Source: Gemmatimonadota bacterium
GTDB taxonomy: Bacteria > JBHIER01 > G020348925
Direction of reading: 5' to 3'
Assembly: GCA_020348925.1 (NCBI GenBank)
Contig: CP070758.1
Span: 4,045,688-4,109,687, forward strand
DNA length: 64,000 nucleotides
Shown here: piece by piece, positions 47,433 through 57,157 of the stretch
Position numbering within the stretch: position 1 is the stretch's first letter
Layout: each line of letters opens with the position of its first letter
The notes under the pieces: model-generated
Told to the model about the DNA's origin: nothing
The model's input: the letters and a program-made list of their open reading frames with translations, nothing else
Databases searched by the model: none
Program-made: the position numbers and the translations under genes

Positions 47433-49280
47433 TCAATTCGAACTGATTAGAAGCGAAATAATTGAAACGTCTGTTAAGCCAATTTGTGTCCAACTCTCCC
47501 CATTGTCAGTAGAGCAAAAGATCCCACCTCCTAAAATGCCAGTACCAGCAAAGATATGCCCGCTTGAATTGATGGTAAGCGAAAGAACATAAGTGCCCGT
47601 TGGGCCATTCGTAAGTTCCGTCCATTCTTCACCGTTGTTCGTTGAACGAAAGATGACGAAACTGCCCACAAAGATATGTCCGCTCGAATTTACGGCAAAA
47701 GAAAAAACAGGATGATCAGATAAGCCAATCTGAGTCCAGTTGTCTCCGTTGTCTGTGGAACGAAAGACACCATCCAACTCGGTACCGACAAAAAGATGTC
47801 CCTCCGAATTAATTGCAATTCGATCGACATCATCATCATAACCGGTCAATTCCCATAAATTACCATCGTCAGTTGAGCGAAAAACACCTGAGCGAGTCCC
47901 AACGAAAATGTAGCCACTTGTATTGAAAACAATAGAACGGGTATCTCTTCCTGTTATACTGGTTTGCTCCCAACTTTCCCCGTTGTCAATGGAGCGAAAG
48001 AGCCCCGCATCATCCAACCCAGCAAATATGTCCCCACTCGAATGAATAGCGATAGTTAAGATATCTTCCATTGTACCGTTCGTGGTGGGCAAACCGTTAA
48101 TCAACTGTGTCCAGTTATCCCCATTGTCTGTAGAACGAAAGATGCCCCAACGAGCAGTTCCGGCAAAGATGTCTCCGATGAAATTGACAGCCAGAGTAAA
48201 AACAGAAACTATTGGTAGACCAATATTATTCTGTGTCCAACTCTCTCCATTGTCAGTGGAGTTAAAGATACCTTTGCCATCGGTCCCTGCAAAGATATCC
48301 CCGTTTGAATTGGAAGCAAAACAGAGTATATCTATATCTGGCAATCCGTCATTGATTTGTGTCCAACTATCTCCATTGTCAGTGGAGCGAAAAACTCCAC
48401 CCTCAGCACCAGCAAAAATGTTATCACGTGAATCAATGCAAAGAGTTCGAACATTATAGGCATTTGACAGGTTGATCTGCGACCAGTAAGCACCGTTATT
48501 CGTGGAGCGATACACACTATTATAAGCCCCGGCAAAAATGTGTCCGTGAGAGTTGATAGCAAGAGACCAGACAGATCTACTCAAAGCGGTTCTCGTCCAA
48601 CTGTCCCCATTATCAGTAGATAGATACACACCGCTGCCCCAAGTTCCGGCAAAGATATCCCCTTCTGAATTGACAGCAAAAGATTCAACACTGTCAAACA
48701 TTGGCAAGGCCGCTACCAAGTGGGTCCAGTTATCTCCATTATCAGTGGAACGATAGATACCATCCCCATCAGTTCCTGCAAAGATGTCCCCATTCGAATT
48801 AATGACCAAGGAGTTAATATTATATCCGGTTGGTTGAGTTCCCCTCCAGCTCTCCCCATTATCAGTAGAGCGAAAGACACCGCCACCATTTGTCCCAGCA
48901 AAGATGTTCCCAGCTGGATTAATGGCAAGTGTAAAGACAAAAGAAGGTGCCATACCGTAATTAATCTGAGTCCAACTATTTCCATTATCTAAGGAACGAT
49001 AAACACCCTTCCCAGATGTTCCGGAAAAGATATGCCCACGCGAATTTATGGTCAGTGTATTGACCACAATATACTCTGGTAAACCATTATTGCATTGTTT
49101 CCAGTTATCACCATTGTCAGTGGATCGTAGGACACCCTCTTCACCAGTACCGGCAAAGATAGTCTCGATCAAACTTCCATTAGAATATGTCGGATTTTTG
49201 TTGCATCCTGAAGTCACAAAGGTGAGAGCAAGCAATACGACTATCAACACCGATTGATACATGGTACGTTTCATTTTCAT
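47433..49280 (-). CDS. BNR/Asp-box repeat beta-propeller lipoprotein
   Basis: Leader ending TSGC; about 14 IFAGT.G.G.FRSTDNG..WTQ repeats; GGAGG RBS. Confidence 0.88.
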   Translation of the reverse strand: MKMKRTMYQSVLIVVLLALTFVTSGCNKNPTYSNGSLIETIFAGTGEEGVLRSTDNGDNWKQCNNGLPEYIVVNTLTINSRGHIFSGTSGKGVYRSLDNGNSWTQINYGMAPSFVFTLAINPAGNIFAGTNGGGVFRSTDNGESWRGTQPTGYNINSLVINSNGDIFAGTDGDGIYRSTDNGDNWTHLVAALPMFDSVESFAVNSEGDIFAGTWGSGVYLSTDNGDSWTRTALSRSVWSLAINSHGHIFAGAYNSVYRSTNNGAYWSQINLSNAYNVRTLCIDSRDNIFAGAEGGVFRSTDNGDSWTQINDGLPDIDILCFASNSNGDIFAGTDGKGIFNSTDNGESWTQNNIGLPIVSVFTLAVNFIGDIFAGTARWGIFRSTDNGDNWTQLINGLPTTNGTMEDILTIAIHSSGDIFAGLDDAGLFRSIDNGESWEQTSITGRDTRSIVFNTSGYIFVGTRSGVFRSTDDGNLWELTGYDDDVDRIAINSEGHLFVGTELDGVFRSTDNGDNWTQIGLSDHPVFSFAVNSSGHIFVGSFVIFRSTNNGEEWTELTNGPTGTYVLSLTINSSGHIFAGTGILGGGIFCSTDNGESWTQIGLTDVSIISLLISSN

Positions 49281-49377
49281 TCCCTCCTTTTCTTGCCGTA
49301 ATGGCATCAGAATATTAGAACAACCACATACCTCTTCATTTGCAAAATTGATTTTTATCTTCAGGTGTCTTGCTGCG

Positions 49378-50358
49378 TTAAAAGGCAAACGACGCCGAAA
49401 GTGAAAAACCTTTCTCACTATTGGGAGCGACACTTATTTGAATTCTGTCCAATGGTACTTCTTCCCACCTCTCACCAGAGCTTGTAGCTCCGACGATGGC
49501 ACCAAAAATCATGCCGATTTGGCCAAAAAATCCTGCTCCCATAAGGGATAGAGACCCTTCAGGTAAATCTGCCTCCACATCCGAGCCCACAGACCCTATT
49601 ATAAATCCTATTAAAGCACCAGCAAGGAAACCATAGGTCGCATTCTTCCCAGTTGCCCCAATAAGGAAACCGTCAAGACCGCCGATGCCTCCCCCAACAA
49701 CCCCATAAATCAACCGTGGGTCGTCGCTCATAGCTGCGACGGTAAAGGTACCGGCACCACCTATAAGAAACCCGATCCCGGCGCCTTTCAGCCCGTTTTT
49801 GCCACGATGAACCCGACCACGACTAATGTAAAAACTCTCCACCAAACCGAGCGGTATTGCCATTCGATCCGGTGAAATATCAGTTTTCAATATGAGAGTG
49901 TCGGATTCCAGCACCACAACAGTTCCCTCAAGCTTTCTCACATATAAATTTGGAGCTGAGATGCGAACACGGGTGCCCGGAACGATGGGTCGTTTTTTCT
50001 TATATAGATATTTCTTTGTTTGTATCTCCTCGAAGTGGTCAATATGTTCTATGTAATTCTCTATTCTCGATTCTACCTCGGGTATTCGCTTGACCTTTTC
50101 TTCACCCGTTGTTTCATCGAGATAGGTTATCTTCAAGATGTAACTCTCGTCAGGTAACCTGAGCAAAACCGCTGATTGGAATCCTTCAAAGGTTGGGAAC
50201 AGACCGTACGTGTTTCTCTCCTCCACATCGATTGACTCGCCCACACGCTCGCTGATGACAACGATCTCGCCTTCCTCTTTCTGAGCACAAACACGCTCAG
50301 AGGACAGAACAACTATGCTGATAAACAGCAATACGTGGAAAAGAAGTCTTTCAAACAT
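49378..50358 (-). CDS. Exported glycine-zipper-type membrane protein
   Basis: AGGAGG RBS, signal peptide, GxxxG-rich helices, C-terminal strand ending SASFAF. Confidence 0.75.
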   Translation of the reverse strand: MFERLLFHVLLFISIVVLSSERVCAQKEEGEIVVISERVGESIDVEERNTYGLFPTFEGFQSAVLLRLPDESYILKITYLDETTGEEKVKRIPEVESRIENYIEHIDHFEEIQTKKYLYKKKRPIVPGTRVRISAPNLYVRKLEGTVVVLESDTLILKTDISPDRMAIPLGLVESFYISRGRVHRGKNGLKGAGIGFLIGGAGTFTVAAMSDDPRLIYGVVGGGIGGLDGFLIGATGKNATYGFLAGALIGFIIGSVGSDVEADLPEGSLSLMGAGFFGQIGMIFGAIVGATSSGERWEEVPLDRIQISVAPNSEKGFSLSASFAF

Positions 50359-50396
50359 ACCATCATACCTCCTTTTAACTTCTCCAAGAGGCAAAA

Positions 50397-50895
50397 TCAA
50401 AATTGCACATTCACCAACGTAATCTTGCACTCCCATGTAACTTCACCTTCTGGTAACGAAATAGGCCTGAATGTAAAAGAAGGGATTCCGGCTCTCAGAG
50501 TTTTATCCTCCTCAATACGGAATAATGACCCTGTCTCGGAAGCCTGCGGACGTCGGAATATGTTGTATCCTATGGTTGCACCAAGAGGAGAAAACATGGA
50601 TCCAAAGAAAGCATGGCTCCACACGTCCCAACTACTATCGTTCCCTTCCTTCGACGTGGCCACGAGTATTCCAATACATGGAGGAACCAAAGCACCAGAA
50701 AACGCTCCTACCAATAATCCATTGTCTTTATATTTCTTACCCGCCAACCACACACCCGCTGTACTGCCAAGAGTGGATCCTACTACAAATCCGATTAAGC
50801 CTTCCGGTGGATCATCATGATCACGATTTTTAAATTCGTCCCCTATCACTGCGCCCAATACACCAAATAAGACGGCACCGACCACACCAACACCA
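50397..50895 (-). CDS. Glycine-rich membrane protein, 5' end lost in assembly gap
   Basis: Open frame into the N-run; GxxxG helices; C-terminal Phe. Confidence 0.65.
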
Positions 50896-50995
50896 NNNNN
50901 NNNNNNNNNNNNNNNNNNNNNNNNNNNNNNNNNNNNNNNNNNNNNNNNNNNNNNNNNNNNNNNNNNNNNNNNNNNNNNNNNNNNNNNNNNNNNNN
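50896..50995. other. Assembly gap (100 N)
   Basis: Run of N. Confidence 1.
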
Positions 50996-51922
50996 CACAT
51001 ATTCGACTCTAAATAAAAATCATAAAACCGTCCAAGTCAAGTAATATATGACAATAAAATATTAATTGAAATTGACGACGAAAATCTTCGGAGAGCAGTT
51101 CTGAGTGTACGTGGGTTGCTGAAAAGGATCTTCACAACAGTTGATGAGGTCGCTTTTGTACAGGATGAGGATCTTCGATTACTCGGATCCCGAACGCCAA
51201 AATTTTTCGGCGTCGTGCCCGGGAAAAGACACAGGGAGCAGTCGGCACCTACCTCTCCCACAATGACAGCGTCGTTTTCCCTAAACCTCCTGATACATAA
51301 CTTCAAGACCAAGGGAAAAGAAACACCGGACCACTCGAAACAAGAGAACTACGGTTTTCCAGAGAAGATGCAGAAAAGAAATACTTATAGGAGAAAGAGT
51401 CGGAACCATTGTCGTCCCAGATGCCAAACTTGTCAACACGACCCAGGAACTATACAACATCCCCAGCACAACAAGGCCCACGCTGTTATCCAGAACATCA
51501 TGAAATCAAACAGATGAAACCCAAATCTCTCTTCCGGCATAGAATTTACCCCCTTTCAGTTCTATATTATTTTCCTTCTATTGAACACTTTCATTTTAAA
51601 CAACACAAGGATTTTTCATCAAAGATTAATATTTCATCCAAGAATCACAGAAATCAGTACGATTTGAGTAAAACCTCCAACATTTTCCAAGTCAAGCCCA
51701 TGATTCTTCCTAAATAGTCTTAAGAAACCATGTGTTGAAGAAGTTTTGGCTTCGATCATCTCCCTAAATAAGTTCTCGAATCCATCGTCCCCAATCCGTT
51801 CCGCCCAGAGATTCAATAAAAAGGGTACTCGACCAATTCTCCATTGCATCAGTATGAAAGGGCTAGTCATAGTCTATGATCACAGCGAGAAGCGGCCCCC
51901 ACTGATGATGATAGAGAGGAAT

Positions 51923-52888
51923 TCACTCCGATTTTTCCGGAGCCCCTAATCTCAGTTCTCTGGCCTTCGCCTCAATATCGGTGGGGTTGACTTGAACGCC
52001 ACTGCCGGTCTCACCGCCGGCGATGTATCGGATGTTTTTTTCATCCATCAGTGGCGGATAGAATTCAACGCGGAAATGATGGTACAAATACGCACCGCCA
52101 TCCGTAGGCTTCTGGCTGAAAATCATCATGTAGGGAAAGGTCATGTCAAAGAGGTTGTCGTATTTCCGGACCACGGCCTTGAGGGTTTTGGCAAAAGAGT
52201 TTGCCTCTTCGGACGTCAGATCCGACAGGGATTGAAGATGGCGTTTGGGATAAAGGTGCACCTCGTACGGATAGGCTGCAAAGAACGGGACAAAGGCGAT
52301 GAAATGGGGATTGTCCACGATGATTCTTCGGCCATTGTCCTTTTCAGAATCAATAATGTCACAGCAGAGACAACGCCCCCTATCCACCCAGTATTTCTCT
52401 TCGTTGGCCAGTTCGCGTTGCGGTCTCGGCGGAACGAATGGATAGGCATAAATCTGTCCGTGAGGATGGGTTATGGTGACCCCAATAACGTCACCCCTAT
52501 TCTCAAAGATGAGCACATAGTTCACAAAGTCCTTCGATCCCAAAGTTTCATAGCGCTCACGCCACAGGTCTATCAGTTTTCTCAGGTGATCGAGATGTAA
52601 ATCCGCCAATGTTGCCTCATGCTCAGGCGAATAGAGAATGACCTCACACGCTCCCCTCAATGTGTCCACCGGAGAGATGGGTGAGCTCTCAACATCCGGT
52701 TCCGGAGGGTTTTCCATGAGAGAGGGAAAATCGTTGGGATAGGCATAAACGTCATACCCGTCCGGGACTTTGCCAGACCCCGGGCAAAAGGGACACCACT
52801 CCTTTGGCCGGTGCGGACGATTCCGCCGATGCGCAGCGACAATAATCCATTGTCCCTGTATCGGATTCCATCTCAATTCGGCCATCAC
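51923..52888 (-). CDS. galT: Galactose-1-phosphate uridylyltransferase
   Basis: ELRWNP, R..RP, CPFCPG, NDFP, FENRG, HPHGQ. Confidence 0.93.
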   Translation of the reverse strand: MMAELRWNPIQGQWIIVAAHRRNRPHRPKEWCPFCPGSGKVPDGYDVYAYPNDFPSLMENPPEPDVESSPISPVDTLRGACEVILYSPEHEATLADLHLDHLRKLIDLWRERYETLGSKDFVNYVLIFENRGDVIGVTITHPHGQIYAYPFVPPRPQRELANEEKYWVDRGRCLCCDIIDSEKDNGRRIIVDNPHFIAFVPFFAAYPYEVHLYPKRHLQSLSDLTSEEANSFAKTLKAVVRKYDNLFDMTFPYMMIFSQKPTDGGAYLYHHFRVEFYPPLMDEKNIRYIAGGETGSGVQVNPTDIEAKARELRLGAPEKSE

Positions 52889-53427
52889 GCACCTCGCGCC
52901 TGTTCCATATAGCGCTGCCGAGCATCCGCGAAGAAATTTCTGGCGAGATCGGTTCGATAATCAGGATAGGTCCATTCGAGCGGTTCAAATCCACTTTTCC
53001 GTAAATACCGCAGCGTGACCTCAGCAAAGATGCCCTGCCCGATATAAATCCGATGGCTGAAATTTTTCGTGCTGGCCAGCACAAGCTTCGAGTCCGTCAC
53101 AAACCCTGGATCAAGATTCGTGCGCCGCTTTCTTTTATCACCCACCAGTACGGTGAACTGTTCTTCAATCCCGTTTGTTTGAATCTTGATCGCAGCCAAC
53201 TCGGATTTATCAAACAGTCTCTCGAAACTAAAAATCTTTTTAACTAATGCACTCCCCATCTCACCCTGATAATAATCGGTAAACGTAAATGGGTAGATAC
53301 TGCTCTCCAGATCGACGGGACCGAAATGTACCTGGAGTGTTCGGTGCACTTCTTCGAACAGCTCCTCAGCAGTGACCGTCACTGCTATGATCAATTTCGC
53401 CTTGGGAGGATGTTTGACTTTTCCCAT
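52885..53427 (-). CDS. DUF4416 family protein
   Basis: F.FTDYY..EMG, NLDPG, LASTKNFSHRIY, WTYPDY. Confidence 0.88.
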   Translation of the reverse strand: MGKVKHPPKAKLIIAVTVTAEELFEEVHRTLQVHFGPVDLESSIYPFTFTDYYQGEMGSALVKKIFSFERLFDKSELAAIKIQTNGIEEQFTVLVGDKRKRRTNLDPGFVTDSKLVLASTKNFSHRIYIGQGIFAEVTLRYLRKSGFEPLEWTYPDYRTDLARNFFADARQRYMEQARGA

Positions 53428-54100
53428 GTACCGATTTTCCCTTGCATACTTTGACGCACAGTCCACAGATGTAGTGTCCGATTTTCCTCTTATCCCGAAA
53501 CGCCTTGAGCTGTTCGAAACACCGATCGAAATTGTAGTCCTCCGGTGTCTCCCCCAAGGCCTGAGAGGGGCAGACAGAAAGACACCTCCGGCATGCGTTG
53601 CAGCCAAATTCTAAAGGTTTTGCGGTCGGCAGAGGCATATCAGTCAAAACGGTCACATAGCGGACCGTTGCGCCGTACTGCGGGTGAACCAGAAGATTGT
53701 TGCGTCCGATCCAACCGTGGCCCGCTAAGACACCCACATGCTTGTGAGACAGATGCGCAATCTGCTGACGCCAGTCAATAATTTGAGACGCTGCGATGGG
53801 TAGCGCCCGGTATCCCTGCTCTTGTATGTACTCTGACAGTCGAAAGGCAACTCTATCCAGCACAATATTGGCTTGACGATAATGCCAGGCATAAAGCAGA
53901 GTCGGTCCGTCCTCAATCTCTGCAAGCACAGCGCCGGATAACCGCACGCCAAGAGATATGCCGCAGTCGAGTTCTTCCTTTATACTTGGCAGGCGGAAGG
54001 TCTGACGGATTTGGCGGACATCTGCAACCCCAAAAAGAGTTGATCCCTCGCGAAGGCAGTGCTCCTTCAGCAACGCATAATTCTGATCATTCAAACCCAT
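53366..54100 (-). CDS. QueG / reductive-dehalogenase-like 2x[4Fe-4S] protein
   Basis: LSHKH...AG.GWIGRNNLLV.P.YG, CxxCxxCxxxCP, CGLCVKVC. Confidence 0.8.
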   Translation of the reverse strand: MGLNDQNYALLKEHCLREGSTLFGVADVRQIRQTFRLPSIKEELDCGISLGVRLSGAVLAEIEDGPTLLYAWHYRQANIVLDRVAFRLSEYIQEQGYRALPIAASQIIDWRQQIAHLSHKHVGVLAGHGWIGRNNLLVHPQYGATVRYVTVLTDMPLPTAKPLEFGCNACRRCLSVCPSQALGETPEDYNFDRCFEQLKAFRDKRKIGHYICGLCVKVCKGKSVHGKSQTSSQGEIDHSSDGHC

Positions 54101-54132
54101 AGAAATACGAAAAAGTTATCCACGAAGAACTG

Positions 54133-55023
54133 TTATGGGGTGTACTCCAGGTCCTTGACATCGTGTTTTTTTCTTCGCCATTTTTTTCGCACCTTTACCC
54201 ACAGGTCGAGAAAGACGTCTTCTTCCAGGAATATCTCGATCTCTCTGCGAGCCTTCCGCCCCAATTCCTTCAAGGCCTTTCCCCCCTCCCCTATCAGTAT
54301 GGCCTTTTGAGAATCTCGTTCCACAAAAATATCGGCTCTGATGTACAATTTTTTTCTTTTTTTAAACTCCGCAATTTTGACGGTTGCCGAGTAAGGAATT
54401 TCATCTTTGAATTTTTTAAAAATTATCTCCCGAATCAATTCGGAGACAAAAAATCGTTCCGTCTGATCGGTCAAGGCCTCTGCAGGATAGAACGGGATCC
54501 CCTCGGGAAGATAGGAAACGGTTACCTGGAGAAGATGCTCAAGCCCTTCCTTTTGGAGAGCCGAGATGGGAATCAACTCTGAGAAGGGATAGATCTCTCG
54601 GTACGCATCTATGAGCGGCAGGATGTGTTCTTTCGGTACGAGGTCGATTTTATTCATAACAAGAAGAACAGGTTTGGACACATTATGTATTTCAGCGATG
54701 ATCTTTGGATCGAGATGATACCCTTTCTCTGCCGCATCAACGAGAAGAAGAACCACGTCGGCTTCATGCATGGTCGCCAGCGCGGTCTTGACCATCATCG
54801 ACTGAAGGATATAGTCCGGGGTAAAGAGACCGGGCGTATCGAAAAAGACGATCTGATAGTTTTGCTCGGTGAGGATGCCCATGATTTTGTGACGGGTCGT
54901 CTGGGGCTTCGGCGAAGTAATGGCCAACTTCTGCTTAATCAGGGCATTGAGCAGCGTGGACTTACCGACATTGGGGCGCCCCGCGATGGCTACATAGCCT
55001 CTTCGAAACTCCGTCTGTTTCAT
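54133..55023 (-). CDS. era: GTPase Era
   Basis: GRPNVGKSTL, PQTTR, DTPG, NKID, KH domain VERDSQK.ILIG. Confidence 0.97.
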   Translation of the reverse strand: MKQTEFRRGYVAIAGRPNVGKSTLLNALIKQKLAITSPKPQTTRHKIMGILTEQNYQIVFFDTPGLFTPDYILQSMMVKTALATMHEADVVLLLVDAAEKGYHLDPKIIAEIHNVSKPVLLVMNKIDLVPKEHILPLIDAYREIYPFSELIPISALQKEGLEHLLQVTVSYLPEGIPFYPAEALTDQTERFFVSELIREIIFKKFKDEIPYSATVKIAEFKKRKKLYIRADIFVERDSQKAILIGEGGKALKELGRKARREIEIFLEEDVFLDLWVKVRKKWRRKKHDVKDLEYTP

Positions 55024-55073
55024 CGCCTCGTCATACTCCGCTCAAAAATTTGAATATCAGGCCGGTGACGTCT

Positions 55074-55106
55074 AAAAAAACCCCAACGTTTCAAAGTGTT
55101 GGGGTT
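55074..55106 (-). terminator. Intrinsic terminator after csp
   Basis: AACCCCAAC...GTTGGGGTT followed by a U-run on the minus strand. Confidence 0.75.
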
Positions 55107-55144
55107 ACGGGATACCCTTGCACGCTCTTTCAAACAGGACAGAG

Positions 55145-55345
55145 TCACTTTTTCAAAACATTCACAGCCTGCGGTCCTTTGTCACCTTCAACGATGTCAA
55201 ACTCCACCCGCTGGCCTTCCTCCAACGTTCTGAATCCTTCTCCCCGGATATCTGAATAATGGACAAAGACATCAGATCCGTCGTCACGTCGAATGAATCC
55301 ATACCCCTTGTTTTCATTGAACCATTTTACGCTGCCTTGTTCCAT
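55145..55345 (-). CDS. Cold-shock protein
   Basis: G.VKWFN..KGYGFI, DVFVHYS, GPQA.NV. Confidence 0.96.
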   Translation of the reverse strand: MEQGSVKWFNENKGYGFIRRDDGSDVFVHYSDIRGEGFRTLEEGQRVEFDIVEGDKGPQAVNVLKK

Positions 55346-55400
55346 ACGCGAATCTTCATCTCCTGTCATCGAACGTTTCACATCCCATCGAGTGGACGTT

Positions 55401-55976
55401 CTAGACGAACGTTAACATATACTGCATGGCTGCACCGGACAGTATGGGAATGAGAAAATTGTCATCCAGAGGAATGGGAAGGAGTTCTATGAGTGTCGCG
55501 ACAACTGCTCCTATCAGGCCGACGACGAAGTCCAGCGGTGGAACGATCAGAACAATAATGATGCACGTCCCCAGACAGGCCAAACTCCCTTCGATCGTTT
55601 TGCGGAACACCTTGATGCGTCCGAAAGTTTTTCCCACCAGAGCTGCCATGGTGTCACCCACAATTAAAAAACAGAGAGCGGCAACGGCGATGGGTTTCTG
55701 AAAAATGAGCACGCACACCAGGGAGGACATGAGGAGCGTTGTCGAGCCGGTTAATGTGAATCGTTCTTTTCTCCTCAGTATCGAACCGAAAAAGGTATAG
55801 AATATTTTCGAAGTGGGCCTGTGGACCATTCGCAATATTTCAATGGAGAGAAAAAGAATGGTCAGGAAAAACAGAATTTGGACACACGTCCTCTTGGGCA
55901 AGAAATAAATTCCAATCGGAATGCATAATGAAGAGAGATGGACCAGCTTTCGATTGAGTTCGTCAAAAAAATCCAT
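55401..55976 (-). CDS. Polyprenol/phytol kinase-like (CTP-dependent) membrane protein
   Basis: RKLVH, GDT.AALVG..FG, KT.EGS, DDN. Confidence 0.88.
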   Translation of the reverse strand: MDFFDELNRKLVHLSSLCIPIGIYFLPKRTCVQILFFLTILFLSIEILRMVHRPTSKIFYTFFGSILRRKERFTLTGSTTLLMSSLVCVLIFQKPIAVAALCFLIVGDTMAALVGKTFGRIKVFRKTIEGSLACLGTCIIIVLIVPPLDFVVGLIGAVVATLIELLPIPLDDNFLIPILSGAAMQYMLTFV

Positions 55977-56990
55977 CTAAAATCCTACGGCTGCAGAGAT
56001 CCTGTATGTATTATCCAAATCTCCCTTGGTCAGAAATGCAAAATCGAGAGCGATCTGTTCAATATTCAATCCCATTTGCCCGAACCGGAATCCGGTTCCC
56101 GCAGAAAACCGGCCAATGTCATCGGAGCCCAACCGAACAGCGAGCATATTTCGAAACCAATATTCCGCTCCGAAGCGGACATCGGCGCTCACATCACCCC
56201 AGTGAAACCGTGATGCATATTTACGCCCCTCGAATCTCATATCAATATCCACAGCAGGAGTGAGATACCCACGCAAAAAATCAAGTCCCAACACGTATGC
56301 CCCTCCGATTTTCAACGTGGGCGCAATCCATTCTCTGGTCCCATTTTCTGTATCCCAGTCAATAAGGGTTTTGGTGGCATCCTGGAGATTGACCCCCAAA
56401 CTGAACCGTTCGACGGGTTTGAAGAGAAGCCCTACATCGACTCCCAGACCCCAGGCCGAATACTTGTCCACACTCTTTCGCAGTATTTTCACATTGCCAC
56501 CGTAAGAGAGGACGGCACTTGTGCTCCGGGCGTATGAGAGGAACAGGGCGTATTCCACATCACTAACCCTCCGAAGGATATAGGGGCGGTTGTCATGGGG
56601 ATTGAAGTCCCTGGTCTCGTCAGGCAGGGTCGTGATGGGAATGTCATCCACGCCCAAGCGGATCAAACTGATCCCGAAGGTCCCAAACCGCGCTTCGTCC
56701 TGGTGGGGATGGACATAGCTCAGCCAATCGTATTTCACGATCCCTGCGAACCGTTCTGAATGCATAATGGCAATTTCCCGTTGGGGAACTTGAATCAAGC
56801 CGGCAGGATTCCAGTAGACTGCACTGGCATCGTTGGCCACGGCCGCGAATGCCCCTCCCATTCCCAAGGCTCTTGCCCCAACACCCATACTTAAAAACTC
56901 ACCGGCATACTTCGTAGCAAGACCGGAGCCTGTCTGGAAGAGGTTCATGATGATGAGTGTGAAGAAAAATGTGACTCTTCGTATTCCCAT
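55977..56990 (-). CDS. PorV/PorQ (UPF0164) family outer-membrane beta-barrel
   Basis: KYAGEFL..GVGARALGMGGA..A.A.DASA.YWNPAGL; C-terminal Phe. Confidence 0.85.
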   Translation of the reverse strand: MGIRRVTFFFTLIIMNLFQTGSGLATKYAGEFLSMGVGARALGMGGAFAAVANDASAVYWNPAGLIQVPQREIAIMHSERFAGIVKYDWLSYVHPHQDEARFGTFGISLIRLGVDDIPITTLPDETRDFNPHDNRPYILRRVSDVEYALFLSYARSTSAVLSYGGNVKILRKSVDKYSAWGLGVDVGLLFKPVERFSLGVNLQDATKTLIDWDTENGTREWIAPTLKIGGAYVLGLDFLRGYLTPAVDIDMRFEGRKYASRFHWGDVSADVRFGAEYWFRNMLAVRLGSDDIGRFSAGTGFRFGQMGLNIEQIALDFAFLTKGDLDNTYRISAAVGF

Positions 56991-57157
56991 AATGCAACTT
57001 TAAAACTATATTCTGGACATGTATAGGGCAAATCTACAAGCATATATCAGGTGCACTTTCCCAAAAATACAACGGAGCCTTTCCAAAGTCAATGCCTTTT
57101 TGTGAAAAGAAAAAAGTAGGTTTTTTCAGGAGCGTCCTGTGATGTGTATTCGTCATA

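Noticed and set aside
47433-49280. Repetitive DNA in the BNR, LVIVD and propeller genes as non-coding repeat arrays
   Set aside because: Explained by in-frame protein repeats.
51037-51870. Short ORFs next to the gap (possible membrane-protein and M1-peptidase C-terminal remnants)
   Set aside because: Fragmentary, and the similarity is too weak to call without a search.
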